A stretch of DNA of 64,000 nt from Flaccisagitta enflata. Its lineage: Eukaryota. Under the pieces are notes generated by a model. The model did no database searches and had not been told where the DNA came from. It saw nothing but the letters and a program-made list of their open reading frames with translations. Within the stretch, counting starts at the first letter, position 1; each line of letters begins with the position of its first letter. The position numbers were made by a program, and so were the translations under genes. The stretch covers positions 5,642,001-5,706,000 of the forward strand of contig OZ231126.1 in NCBI GenBank assembly GCA_965153355.1. Direction: 5' to 3'. Of this stretch, positions 50,801 to 64,000 are shown piece after piece.

Positions 50801-53800
50801 TCATCATTCCCGGTATATGCGATAATAAGGGCATGAATTTTTGGTACAGTAGATCTCGTCTAGACTTGAGATAACGGGGGCAAGCATTGTAGAAAAACAA
50901 ATGAAGCCAAGGGAGTGATATTTAAAATAGACTTGTTAAGGGATGCTTTATTGCCCATGATAGCTGGATGCCATGGAAACACATTTCCATGTATTCATGC
51001 TAAAGTATCAATATTTTGAGAAATTTTTTGAGGGAACATTTTTTGAAATCAAATTTGCTACAACTTTCCCACAGTATGTTCTGTAAGGGTTGTCACACGT
51101 AGATACGCTCCCTAGCAAGGGCCAAATGAGCAACATTCTTACAGAACATACTGTGGGAAAGTTGTAGCAAATTTGATTTTAAGCAATGTTCCCTAAAGAA
51201 ATCTCTCAAAATACTGTTATTTTAGCGAGAATACATGAAAATGTGATTCCATGGCAACCTGCTATCATGGGGAATTAAGCATCCTTTGATTAGTATATAA
51301 TCCAAATATTGCTCCCTGGTTTCATTCGTCTTTCCACAGTGCTTGCCCTCGTTATCTCAAGTCTAGAGGAGATCTACTGTATAAGTGCAAGACTTTTTGG
51401 ATAGACGATAATCTACGGATTCTGCTGGATTACGTGGGCTGTCAGATCGCCCAATATTTTCGTATCTAATATCTATCTATTTCTAATTTCTTGTCTCAAA
51501 GAAACAGGATATCTGCCGATAAATTGACAATTATTGACACACGTCATTGACTTGTCCCCTTCGTTTGTGCCTCTTGTTTTTGCAGCTGGCGCGGCGTCTC
51601 GTCATGGAGCGCCGAAGATTTTGACCATCCCACAAGCGCCGCCTTTCCCAGTCAACGCCGGCGTCGGTGGCGGTGCGGCGCCGGGCACGACGCACTTCGT
51701 CCCGCTCACTTCCGTCGCCGCCTCGTCAAACGGCGTCCATAACAACGCCACGTTGATTTCCAATCCCATCGCCATCTCAGGTCTCACCAACGGCGTAGCC
51801 ATGATATCACCTCACCAACAACTACAGCAACAATCACCGTCACCAGCTACCAACTATCAGCTACCAACCGTCACCGTGCCCGCCAAACAGCCGCCGCAGC
51901 AAAAACAACAGCAACAAAAACAGCAAACTGTCATGAAACCGCAGCAGCAGCAGCAGCATCAAGCCTCGCCCACGGCGCAGCGGGTGGAAGTGGGAGATGG
52001 AGGTGGTAATTCTATGGCCGCTGTGGCCACCGTTCTCACCAGATTCAAATGCAATCAGTGCGAAGCAGTTTATAACAATCGCGACAGTATCGTTGCCCAC
52101 ATCTACACGCATATGAAGGTGAGATTTATATGGGTTTGGGTTTGCAAGCTTGAAATCCATGCACGTATATTCTTCATTCAACCTGTATTCATTCATTTAT
52201 TTCCGCCATCGCTGTATCTCGCCGAAATTTTTGAAGTTTTGACGTGCAATATCGTCGGACGCCTGGTCAGGGGCGTTCTATCCCCCTCTCCACCCCAACA
52301 AACACACATTCGTCTCAACACTTTCCAACTCTAGCATCACGGACGTACATTACAACGGACGCCGGACGGACAAAGTCTCACATGTAGAGTCGCGAATCCG
52401 TGACTGAAAAATTAACTTCCAACCAACCTTTTTATATCCTTCATCTTTTATTCGTATCCTTCTTTTATTCATTTCCTTCTTTTATTCATTTCCTTCTTTT
52501 ATTCATTTCTTTTATTCATTTCCTTCATCGTTTATTCATTTCCTTCATCGTTTATTCATTTCCCTCATCTTCATTTCCTTCTTTTATTCATTTCCTTCTT
52601 TTATTCATTTCTTTTATTCATTTCCCTCATCGTTTATTCATTTCCCTCATCTTTTATCCAATTCCCTCATCTTTTATTCATTTCCTTCAGCTTTTATTCA
52701 TTTCCTTCATCTTTTACTCATTTCCTTCATCTTTTACATATTAATTCCATCTTTTACTCCTTTCTTTCATCTCTCACTCCTTTCACTCATTTCCTTCATC
52801 TTTTACATATTAACTCCATCTTTTACTCCTTTCACTCATTTCCTTCATCTTTTACTCATTTCCTTCATCTTTTATTCATTTGCTCCATGTTTTATTCATT
52901 TCTTTCATCTTTTATTCATTTCCTTCATCTTTTATTCATTTCCTTCATCTTTTATTCATTTCCTTCATCTTTTATTCATTTCCTTCATCTTTTATTCATT
53001 TCCTTCATCTTTTATTCATTTCCTTCATCTTTTATTCATTTGCTCCATCTTTTATTCATTTGCTCCATCTTTTATTCATTTGCTCCATCTTTTATTCATT
53101 TGCTCCATCTTTTATTCATTTGCTCCATCTTTTATTCATTTGCTCCATCTTTTATTCATTTGCTCCATCTTTTATTCATTTGCTCCATCTTTTATTCATT
53201 TGCTCCATCTTTTATTCATTTGCTCCATCTTTTATTCATTTGCTCCATCTTTTATTCATTAGCTCCATCTTTTATTCATTAGCTCCATCTTGGATTATAA
53301 AATGCTATATGTCACTTTCTAACCCACCCCACCCTACAGCCCAAACCACTTATAGTAGAGACATGAAATTTGGTATGGAAAGTCAGTGGGGGAATACTTT
53401 TTGGGTCATCAGAGGGTTTTTTCAATTTCCGCCCCTGAGCAGAAATATGGGGGTGGGTTGGCGTAGCCCCTGAGGGTTGAAAAATCTCAAAAAAATTTTT
53501 TTTGAGATTTTGGATTTTTTCATTTGGATATGTTGTGTTAGGCTCTAATAAACATGAAAAATTAAAAATTATTATAAAATTCCAATTTTAAGTGATTTTA
53601 TAAGGATTTTTAATGTTTTTGAAATACCTCGCGCTAACGTTTACAAGTGCATAACTCTTCAAATTTTGCGAATAATTCAAAATTTTTTGTATATTCACCA
53701 TGATATAAACTAGATTTAACCAATACAATTCAAAAATAGAAAAAAAATCAAAAAAAATTTTTTGAGATTTTTTAACCCTCAGGGGTTACACCGCCCCACC

Positions 53801-54347
53801 CCCATATCTCTGCTCAGGGGCGGAAATTGAAAAAACCCTCTGATGACCCAAAAAATATTCCCCCACTGACTTTCCATACCAAATTTCATGTCTCTACTAT
53901 AAATAGTTTGGGCTGTAGGGTGGGGTGGGTTAGAAAGTGACATATAGCATTTTATAATCCATCCGAACCTGTATTCATTAGCTCCATCTTTTATTCATTA
54001 GCTCCATCTTTTATTCATTTGCTCCATATTTTACTCATTTGCTCCATATTTTATTCATTTGCTCCATATTTTATTCATTTGCTCCATATTTTATTCATTT
54101 GCTCCATCTTTTATTCATTTGCTCCATCTTTTATTCATTTGCTCCATCTTTTACTCATTTCCTTTATCTTTTATTCATTTGCTCCATTCAGGTTCGTCCT
54201 TTCAAATGTGCTTTATGCAACTCGATCGCGGCAATGAGCAAAACCATTCTCAAACATCTCACAAAGGAACACGGCACCAACGACTCATCACTCATCTTGG
54301 AACAAAGAATCCCCAATGAAAGCTCTTATTATTCGGCCATTCAGTGA
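47861..54347 (+). CDS. C2H2 zinc-finger protein (~5 dispersed fingers, long low-complexity regions), ~812 aa
   Basis: In-phase exons 47861-48231, 48643-48813, 48996-49153, 49373-49575, 49966-50812, 51586-52118, 54192-54347; fingers CCFAPC..HFKVEH, CSRC..HIEEHH, CGLC..HWNKAH, CNQC..HIYTH, CALC..HLTKEH. Confidence 0.88.
48358..48508 (-). mobile_element. HINE family A copy
   Basis: Near-identical to 7020-7206. Confidence 0.85.
50847..51379. mobile_element. full-length foldback MITE, TA TSD
   Basis: TA|CAGTAGATCTCGTCTAGACTTGAGATAACG...CGTTATCTCAAGTCTAGAGGAGATCTACTG|TA; arms about 240 bp. Confidence 0.9.
52430..54186. repeat. 20-bp minisatellite (TTTTATTCATTTGCTCCATC)n split by a foldback element
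   Basis: Seen directly; the array runs up to the acceptor at 54190-54191. Confidence 0.95.
53291..53961. mobile_element. foldback element
   Basis: TGGATTATAAAATGCTATATGTCACTTTCTAACCCACCCCACCC... inverted at the other end; arms about 220 bp and highly similar; TSD unclear. Confidence 0.88.
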
Positions 54348-55602
54348 TATAGGAAGCAGAGGAGAGGTTGCAGGGTTTTTAATGGGGGGTGGGGGGTGTT
54401 TGGGAAGTATGGATTGGTCTTTTAATTTCATTAGCGAGATATTTCTTTTGTGCCATGCGTATTGATCTTTATCTCATATTTCTGACTCTCTCTTGCTCTT
54501 CTCTTTCCCCTGCTCTTTCCCCTCCTACTTCCCTTTTTTTAGCCCTTCCCCCCTCTTTTTTTTTAACCCTCCTCCCCTCTTTTTTGTACCCCTCCTGTCT
54601 ATTTTTTATCACCGTCATCCCCCCCTCTTGTTATTATGTTGAATATGTTGATGTATCGGATATAGTATTCGTGTCTCGTTCATTAATGCATCCATCATCA
54701 TGAGTCATCTTTCATTCCAAACTTCCACAGTTCCCGTCGCATATTTGATATTTTTGTTACATTTTCTCTGCGCATTTAAGGATTCGATTTTACGTGATTA
54801 GAAGAAATGTCCTCAGGCGTCGTTCATTTTAGGTGCTGTCGATTTTTATTACTGGTAGTAGAAAGGTCAGACACTGAATAAAGTTAGCTAGATGCGCACA
54901 GAGGCAATCCGAACACAAGAAGTTTAATTCACCACCCTCCACGGCCTCAATTGTCGATCTTATGTGAGAATGTGCGAATGAGTTTACCATTGTCCTATGT
55001 GAACGATCCTTTGGGAACGATCCTTACGTTTTATCCAGTCCTGAACTGAGGCTCTTATAGTTGCGCAAGAGCCTTTGTCTGTTGGTCGGTCGAAAACGCT
55101 CGAGTTGAAAGCCGCAGAAAATGCCTGAAATCTTGTCCTGATCATCATTCATGGTACTCTTCATTTCATCTACGGTTAGGTCAATAGAGTTTGGGATGGG
55201 TCTGATAAAGCTTGGGATAGGATTTGTCTTGTTTCTTGTCATTTCATTCTACGATTAGGTCGATAGAGCTTGGGACAGGTCTATAGAGCTAGGTAAGATC
55301 AAAGAACGACTCACGCCGGCGCACCGTCTTGGCCCGTGTAACCGGTCTTGTTTAATATCAGCAAAGCCATTAGACCAACGTCGCGTATATATTCACAACT
55401 TTAACTGCTAGAACATGACTTGACAATGGAAATCGCCCCATCGTGTGCATTCTCGCAGGTTCTCTCCGGCTTAGAGTTGGTACTCTGAGCATAATTGGAA
55501 TTCCAGATACAAATTCCCCTACATTTCATCGAGTCGACTTGCACTGTGGCCATCTCATTATCGGTCTTCTAGCACATTTCCAGCCCGCTGAAACGTGGAG
55601 GC

Positions 55603-56592
55603 TACGTCCCATGAAGCGTCCTGGCTATCATCTAGTATCCGGGATTGAGAAAAACTGTTAGTATTAAGGACGCATAATGGAAAAGTTCCATTGAAACTGA
55701 CGTCTATTATGATTCAAAACAAAGATAAGGTGGGATACACCACCCCTAACCCGCCTAACCCTAAACTCCTAACTCAAATGCCATCCCTAACCCTAGACCC
55801 CTTACCCTAACCCTAAACCCCTTACCCTAACCCTACTCCTAACCCTAACCCTACCCTACCCCTAAACCTACTCCTAACCCTTACCCCTCCCCTAACCCTA
55901 ACCCCAACCCTTACCCCATCCCTAACCCTAATCATAGAACAAGGCCGGATACACGGCAATCCAGTCGCGGACGGTTGGGCAGGAGCAGTAATGCGAAAAA
56001 CCGGGAACTCGGAATTCAAAAATGTGACGGGCCGACCGACGGACCTACCGACCGACACGGCAAGGTGTAGAGTCGCGTGTCCGCGACTAAAAATAACATG
56101 TAAACAATGTTGTAGATAAATATGAAATGAAAGTAAACATAAAAGAACGTCATCAATCAGCGTAAAGAACGTCGATAATGTGCGCCTTTCTCGCCAAAGT
56201 CCTCTACAGAAACAAAAGGCCTCTGAAAGTCTCAATCCCGGATTCTAGATGATTGCCGCGTCCTAAACTTCGACACTAACTATCACCAATCTTACCATGG
56301 TTGAGGCTTGGTAAAAAAATAACTCATGCAAAATTTCAGGCCTCTAGAACTGCGGGAACCTTTGTTAGGGTGACCATGAAGTTTTTATAAAAATATATGG
56401 CAGAGACAAGATTTGCATAATAGAAATATTGATTACAATGCTAATCCAATACAAACTTCAACCTCACCCTAGCAAAGGTTCCTGCTATCTCAGAGGCCCA
56501 AAATTTTGCATGGAATATTTTTTTACCAAACCTCAACTGTGGTAAGATTGGTGAGAGCCATAGTCGAAGTTTGGGGCGCTTCATGGGACGTA
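55603..56592. mobile_element. hAT-type foldback MITE with 8-bp TSD GTGGAGGC, hosting nested elements
   Basis: GTGGAGGC|TACGTCCCATGAAGCG...CGCTTCATGGGACGTA|GTGGAGGC. Confidence 0.85.
55623..56257. mobile_element. TIR element with 7-bp TSD GCGTCCT carrying telomere-like repeats
   Basis: TIR GGCTATCATCTAGTATCCGGGATTGAGA / TCTCAATCCCGGATTCTAGATGATTGCC; degenerate (CCCTAA)n at 55744-55931; HINE at 55938-56093. Confidence 0.82.
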
Positions 56593-56669
56593 GTGGAGGC
56601 TCACTGGCTTGCTTAGTCGGAGATGACATCTATCGATTAAGGCAACATCCATAATAAAGATTCGGAATG

Positions 56670-57095
56670 AACTTGACAAATAGACGCAAAATACAGCGTG
56701 ATGAGGCGCCAAAAGCCAAAAAAAATTTAGCCCCCCCACTGCAGCCATATTGGCTGATTGAAATTCTTATGGAAAGTCATTTTGAGTAACTTAGGGAAAT
56801 ACAAATGGCGTCATCAGAGCGATTTTTGAGATTGTAACTAAAACCTTAAAATTTATCACTTTTACTCATAAAATATACACTCTTGGAAAAGTACAGAAAA
56901 TAGAGTAAAAAGTGATAAATTTCAAGGTTTTAGGTACAATCTCAAAATTCCCTCTGATGACGCCACTCATATTCCCCTCAGTGACTCAAAACAACTTTCA
57001 AAGGGAAATTTGATTCAGCCAAATTGGCTGTAGTAGGGGGTGCTAAAACTTTTGGCGCCTCATCACGCTGTATTTTGCGTCCATGTGTAAAAGGT
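56670..57095. mobile_element. foldback MITE
   Basis: GACGCAAAATACAGCGTGATGAGGCGCCAAAAG inverted at ~57048-57081; pairing continues to the centre near 56885. Confidence 0.8.
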
Positions 57096-57212
57096 CCAAA
57101 ATGGATCGAGGGAGCCGGGTACTTGACCAAGAAATGATCGCTCACGGGTGTGCAGAGACAGTATTTGGGCGGGGAGTAGCTGGCTTGGCAGTGGCAATTG
57201 CGCTTGTAACAT

Positions 57213-57347
57213 AACAAGGCCGGATACACGGCCAATACCAGTTGCGGACGGGTGGGCAGGGGCGGAAATGCGCGTTTTCACACTTAACGACTCGTATTCA
57301 CGGACGGTCGGACAAAGACTCGTAGAGTTATGTGTCCGCAACTAAAA
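57213..57347 (-). mobile_element. HINE family A copy
   Basis: Same ends as 7020-7206. Confidence 0.8.
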
Positions 57348-60300
57348 GGTTAAGTTACCGGCAGACAGACCCGCACCTGCAAGACATTGGAAGTTCTTCT
57401 GTTTTATACCGCTTCTATTTGCATTCTGCAATTAATATATAAATAGCTGTCTCACCAATTTTGACGGAAGCGGTCAATCGCTTCCACATCCCTCATAGTT
57501 CTGCAGATACACCTACTTAAGTAATGGATGAGACGCAGTGTACGGGAAAAAGAAATTTCATGCGTCATTACAATTTTTTACATATGTTTTATATCATTTT
57601 TTTTTAAATTTTATTGAAAAAACATTTTCAAGTGTTAAACAATAATTTTTTGCATAAATAATCTGTGACATACAGATTTGATATATATAATGTATTGAAA
57701 TAAGGTAGAAAAAAGAAGATTTTTTACAGAAAATCATACTTTGTCATCTCATTTCTGTTAGGAGAAATTATATCTTTGCATAGAATTAAAGAAATTTGCA
57801 TTTCCGAAAACATGGCCTTTTTAAAAACATATGGGAAAAGGGCCATGTTCTCAAAAATGCAAAATTGTCTTTACTCAGGCCGTGATATAATTTCTCCCAA
57901 CAAACTTTTAAAATTGTTTACCATTTTTCTAAAGCATTCATTTTTTATTACTGATAGTTATGAAACTATAGTCAGTATTCTGGGTTAAAAAACATTGTTA
58001 AAACACCTTATACTTTATATCAAAAATATTTAATTGAAATCACAATGATAGTTTTAGATTATAACACCTCTCACATAATTAAACGAACTGGCAAAATGAT
58101 CGAAATTGATAGAAATATTGCATTCACTGGTCTCAAATTTGACACAGAGGCAGCTAAAATACAGTATTTTCGCAAACCGGGGCAAAATTGTGTACCCAGG
58201 AAAGTTCGTGGCTCTCAGAATGTGTTACGCCAAAAATCAAGTGACTGATTTTGACGAGGAAATTTTTGAAGATGAGATAACATAAACCTCTTTAATATTT
58301 ACCACAAAAAAGGCAAGAAAATATCAAGTTTCATTTTCTTGTGTCACTTAGTGACAAAAATGAGTCAACAGTTCCAAGATACAGTCAGGGACAGCTACAA
58401 CAAAAATCGAAATCCCTTGTCAAATAAAATGGTTCCAGTGACAAATTTGAAGCTAAACTAAACCTAAAATTTGCATGATATCATTTATCGGAGCTATTGA
58501 CAGCTTTTGGATGATAACATTTGATGATTTTGTAGAATCCTCATGAGAATAACACATTTCGACATTATCTTTAACCTGGACTCCTGTTTTGGACATTAAA
58601 AATGCAATTATGGACAATTACTGATCCCAGTTCGCCTAATTTTGTGAGAGGTGTTAAATCAATATTATAAGTAAAAAGCTTCAAAATTACAGTCCCCGAC
58701 TGGGGACTGTAATTTTTGAAGCTTTTTCGTCGCGTAAACGCGACTCGAGAAGATACACTACAAGAAAAAAAAAATTCCAAAAAAATTTTTTTTTTTCGAA
58801 AAAAAAAAAAAAATCAAAAAAAAAAATTCAAAAAAAAAAAAAATAATTGATGTCCACGATGGCATGCATACCTTACAGTCCATGATGGCATACCTTAAGA
58901 CTAGTGTCACACTAAGCCGACCGTGGACGGGATGAAATTCGTCAATTTCACATGTTTGAAAATTGAACAAAACCCTATGTCATCATGTAGCTCACCTATT
59001 CTTACATATGAATCCATACTTGAATTTTCTTAAGTAAGCTCATTTTTCATGCAAATTAGGCTTAAATAGATATTGTTGGCAGTTTTATTACTAGAAAATT
59101 TAGCTAAATACAATCACGAAATCAATATGACAGTGAAATTCTTATTGATAACGTTCAAGCAAACATGTGTGATCATGTTTCTGAAATTTTTTTGAATTTT
59201 TTGAGTTTTTTAAAAAAATCTCTATAAGTAGCATTTCTGGCTGGGTGGGCTGTTGGAAGAAAAAAAATTTCCCCATGCTCTTTTTTATGCCAGTGACGAG
59301 GAATCTTTAAAGGAAGCTTCATGCAAAATTTCAACCAGATCGGTCAATTATTTTAGAAGTTATGCCATTTTTTCATTTTTTTATCTGGTAGGCTGGTTGG
59401 TCTGGTTGGACTGCTCAACATTCTCTAGGTCGCATCAGAATTTAGGCAAAGGAGTCTCTTGATCCAGATACCAACCATGCAAAATTTCATTGGGCTAACT
59501 CAAATAGTTCCTGAGATATGCAAATTTGAATTTTGTGAAATTTTACCAAAATAAAACTTAAAAGCATCACGCATTTGTGTGAGAAGCGCTGTGTGGAAAC
59601 AAAGAATTAACTACGAAGCTTGGTCGGCGAGCGTTACAATTCAATTCTTTTTTTGTAGTGATCATCTTTGAAATTTCACTGTGACCAAACGATTTGGAGT
59701 TAAGAGTTGAAATTTTAGGTGCAAGTACAGAATTTGATTTTCTTTCCCATTATGAAGATGAATTTTTCGTCACTTATGTTACTATGCCGTGGCATAGTAT
59801 GAATCATAGTGTGACACAAGTGTGACAGCTACAACAAGGAGCACCTCTGAATTGTAACGCTCCGGGAAAATGCTTATTTCTTTTGAATAGAATGGAAAAA
59901 ATCCTTGAAAATCGGAGGAAAGGTCCTCCAACTAGTCCTTAATACAATGAAAAAAGAAAAAGTGCTTAATGTTTGAGTAAAGATAGGCCTACAAAAAAAA
60001 CTTTCTACCTAACTCATTTTTAGAAAAAAATGACAGAAAAATAAAGGGGAAGAGTATCATAATTCAAATTCATTTTTTGTCATCTTACAGTTGAAATATT
60101 GAATTTAAACTTTCTACACATATCAATGGATTGATAGTGATTGCTTACAAGCTATTGGATGACCCCCATTGACATTTTTTGATTGGTTAAACTTGCGTTT
60201 TGCTTGCAGGGACAGAATCGGGACAGGCCCTAATAGACCCTTCTACCCCTGTTTTGGACCCCATAGGGGCAGTCGGTGTGGCAAATATTGGTTTAGTATG

Positions 60301-60427
60301 GCACACCAGATAGTTAGGTATGTCACCCAACCTTTGTGACCTTATGCAATTCAGCAGAAGAAGCGATGACACTCCTACAATGGCGGAGAGTCAGGGTTTC
60401 TCGCGCGCATGACGAAACTCGGAATCA

Positions 60428-60545
60428 GCCTTAAAGTCAATGACAGCATACCTTAAAGTCCATGACGGCACACCTTAAAGTCCATGATGGCATACCTTAA
60501 AGTCCATGACAGCATACCTTAAAGTCCATGACGGCACACCTTGAA
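60428..60545. repeat. 22-bp tandem repeat (CCTTAAAGTCCATGACGGCATA)n
   Basis: About 5 units; two more related units at ~58850-58898. Confidence 0.9.
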
Positions 60546-60799
60546 CATTAAACACTCAAGTCCAAGAAGGCAAACCTTGGTCCTTGGAGTCCTTGACGGC
60601 AAACCTTTTTATAGAGGAATGGCATGGGTTATTTTATGCAATATTAGCAATATCTGTTTTTAAAACAATTCATGGGAAGAAAAAACACACACTGTCTCTG
60701 TGTGTGTGTGTGTGTGTGTGCGTGCGTGCGTGCGCGCCTGTGTGTGTGTGTGTGTGTGTATGTGTGTGTGCTCCCACAACAGTAATACATTACTACATA

Positions 60800-61546
60800 A
60801 ATCGCCCAAGTCCTAGTAACATAATACTACATTGATAAGCTAATATCTCATAAACCAGACTTCAGATTTAATTCGAATTTTGCAGGGGCAGTTCAATTAA
60901 TGTCCTTTACTTGTATACCAAATTAAAAAAAAAATTCACATAACTTTGCTACCCTTTGCCTTTGTAAACTGCCTAAGTCATAGTAACATATTACTACATA
61001 AATAAGCTAATATCTCATAAACCAGACTTCAGATTTAATTCGAATTTTGCAGGGGTTATCTATTCACTACCCACTACTTGTGTACCAAATTAGAAAAAAA
61101 TTCACATACCTTTACTACCCTTTGCCTATGTAAATTGCCTAAGTCCTAGCAACATACTACTACATAAATAAGCTAATATCTCATAAACCAGACTTCAGAT
61201 TTAATTCGAATTTTGCAGGGGTTGTTTATTCACTACCCTCTACTTGTATACCAAATTAAAAAAAAATTCATAAACCTTTACTACCCTCTACCTATGTAAA
61301 CCAGCTAAGTCCCAGCTAAATATTACTACAAAAATAATAGGCAAAGGGTAGTAAAAGTTTATGAATTTTTCTGAAAATTGGTACACAAGCTCCTTTTGAC
61401 ATAAAAATAACATTGGTAAAGTTTCATGAACTTCTGAAGTCTGGATCAAAAGATATGAGAAGGTTTTAAACGAACAAACGACAGACAGACTACACATCAC
61501 TGCTATCACATAGTCACCGACGAAAACTGTTCATCGGGGACAAAAA
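60800..61546 (-). repeat. 166-bp tandem repeat (~3 units) inside a probable HINE-like element
   Basis: ATAAGCTAATATCTCATAAACCAGACTTCAG at ~60836, ~61002 and ~61168; inverted partial unit at ~61320-61450; (GACA) tract and CCGACGAA...TTCATCGG hairpin followed by an A-run. Confidence 0.75.
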
Positions 61547-62374
61547 GTAAAATGAAACCAAAATTTCCTGTTCCTGCACACCATGAAATAAACAAGCGAA
61601 AGTTGAAAACATGGGTAAAAACAGATTAGCGAACCATTGGATCGACCAAACAACCTAACTGGCCTTAGCTATAAGGATATAAAAACCTCTGAATGATCTA
61701 AAAAAATTCCGACGGACTGCGCGTGTGAAGTCGCGTGTACTCGACTAACAATTAATAAACACAATTTAGTGACAAGGCACATTTAATTGATCAATCATTT
61801 ACGACAGTGAAAGTGCGACAAGTTGACACCTTAACATCCCTGCAATATGGCATGGGTAGTTGGGTACAGAATGGTTCTTACTGGAAAAAGACATGATATA
61901 CCATCGAAAGACAATATTCTTGAGTAAAGCCAAAACTAATTCTACCAACTATGGTTGTCGTAGTTGAAAAAGGCGAAATGATGCCTCTTAACCCAACCAC
62001 AATAATAAATACGCGAACTTAATTGGATAGATGATAAATAGCGGGCTATACGAGTATTGCATTTTTTGCTCACGCATAATGTTAATGTTCATAAAAAGTC
62101 AAATTTAAATCAAGAAAATTTTAGAATTATCGCTCTAAATACCTAACCTATTTGTAACATCAATGACGATGATTGACACATGAGTATTAGGACAGGGGTT
62201 CTGACACAGATTTTGGCAGATCCTTCTTGTTAACGGCACTTTGGCTCAAAATCAATGTAGTATTAATGTTCTGCCTTCAAAAGTCGCATTGGGTATCAGG
62301 AAATTGTGACCGCCACCCCCCCACCCCCCCTCAGAAGGTGGTGACCTCTAAAGATTAAGCAATTCGCCTTCTTT

Positions 62375-64000
62375 TGCTAATAAATTCTAAATGGATCATT
62401 CAAAAAGCCTGGTGATGGTCTCATTTGAAAGGTATTTACGTGGAGAACATGAAAGATTACTGATATGAAAGAGGGGTCCCAAGGGGGGCCCTTAAGGGGC
62501 CCCTAAAGTGATTGAAGGGGCCCTCAAAGCATCCAATACATGAAAATGTGCAATGATTCGTTAAAAAAACTAGGTAATGGTGTCATTTAAAACGATTCTA
62601 CCCATAGAATATGAAAAATTACTGATATGGAAGAGGGGGCTCCAAAGGGGCCCCTAAAGAACCCCAAAGAGGTAAAAGGGGCCCTTGAAGGATCTATAAC
62701 CATGAAAATGTAGATTGGACTCTTTGATAAATCTAATTGTGGTGTTTTTGGAAGGTATCTATGTGGAGAACATGAAATGTTATTGACATGGATGATGGGG
62801 TCCCCAGGTGGCTGCTTAGCGCCCCCAAAGGGATTGAAGAGGACCCCAAAGGATCTAAAGTCTTGAAAATTCAAAATGAATTGTTCAAAAAATCTGGAAG
62901 TGGTCTCATTTAGAAGGTATTTACATAAAAAACTTAAAATGTTACTGATATGGAAAATTTGGTTTCCAAGGGGCCCCTAAGGAGCCGCTAAGGAGTAAAA
63001 GAGGGCCCCAATGAATCCAAAATCATGAAAATCTTTAATTGTTTTAGTTTTCTCCAAAAAGCCAAACCGAAATAAACAGATAGGTATACAGATAGACAGA
63101 CACACAAAAAGACAGACACACAAAAAGACAGACAGACATTTGTGTCAAGATTTTTGCTTAATCTTGACACATAGGAGTTGACATCCATAACTGATTGCCC
63201 AGCTAAACTCAACTGAACTCCACACTCTGCACTCCCTTGGTTTATCCGCCCATTTGTCTATCTTTTTGTCCGTCCCTCTGTCTGTATACCTATCTGTTTG
63301 TTTATTTTGGTCTGTCTTTTAGAGAAGACTATGACAATTCAAGATTTTCATGATTTTGGATTCATTGGGGTCCTCTTTTACTCCTTAGCGGCTCCTTAGG
63401 GGCCCCCTGGGAACCAAATTTTCCATATCAGTTATGTTTTATGTTTATATGTAAATACCTCCTAAATAAGACCACTACCAGATTTTTTGAACAATTCATT
63501 TTAAATTTTCAAGGCTTTAGATCCTTAAGGGTCCTCTTCATTCCCTTTGGGGGCCCTAAGCGGCCACCTAGGGACCCCATCATCCATGTCAATAACATTT
63601 CATATTCTCCATGTAGATACCTTCCAAAAACACGACAATCAGATTTATCAAAGAGTCCAATCTACATTTTCATGGTTATAGATCCTTCTAGGGCCCCTTT
63701 AACCTCTTTGGGGTTCTTTAGGGGCCCCTTTGGCGCCCCCTCTTCCACATCAGTAATTTTCATATTCTATGGGTAGAAACGTTTTAAATGACACCATTAC
63801 CTAGTTTTTTTAACAAATCATTGCACATTTTCATGTATTGGATGCTTTGGGGGCCCCTTCAATCACTTTAGGGGCCCCTTAAGGGCCCCCCCTTGGGACC
63901 CCTCTTTCATATCAGTAATCTTTCATGTTCTCCACGTAAATACCTTTCAAATGAGACCATCACCAGGCTTTTTGAATGATCCATTTAGAATTTATTAGCA
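62375..64000. mobile_element. large foldback element / long inverted repeat, running off the window
   Basis: 62375-~63140 is the reverse complement of ~63250-64000; internal GGGGCCCC-rich sub-repeats. Confidence 0.88.

Noticed and set aside
55744-55931. Chromosome end or fusion site
   Set aside because: Short, degenerate, single orientation and enclosed by TIRs with a TSD.

Overview
Eukaryotic, metazoan-type genomic DNA (probably an invertebrate; the taxon cannot be fixed from sequence alone). Five intron-containing protein genes lie head-to-tail on the + strand, and I reconstructed them by hand from GT-AG junctions and reading phase: (1) a ZNF598/Hel2-like gene (middle and C-terminal part only, no RING exons visible, one frameshift caused by a 53-nt duplication), (2) PIG-F, (3) N-myristoyltransferase (NMT), (4) an HP1/chromobox gene, (5) a C2H2 zinc-finger gene. 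Introns and spacers are filled with microsatellites, minisatellites, about 20 non-autonomous Helentron-like (HINE/DINE-1-type) elements, foldback MITEs and several nested insertions. NMT intron 2 holds a 5'-truncated Neptune-type Penelope-like retroelement (RT + GIY-YIG), split by a TIR transposon and ending in a minimal hammerhead-ribozyme motif about 50 nt upstream of the next splice acceptor. The most unusual pattern is that three different genes carry 'echo' copies of a real 3' splice site plus the start of its exon just upstream of the true acceptor. Most ORFs in the supplied track are repeat artefacts.
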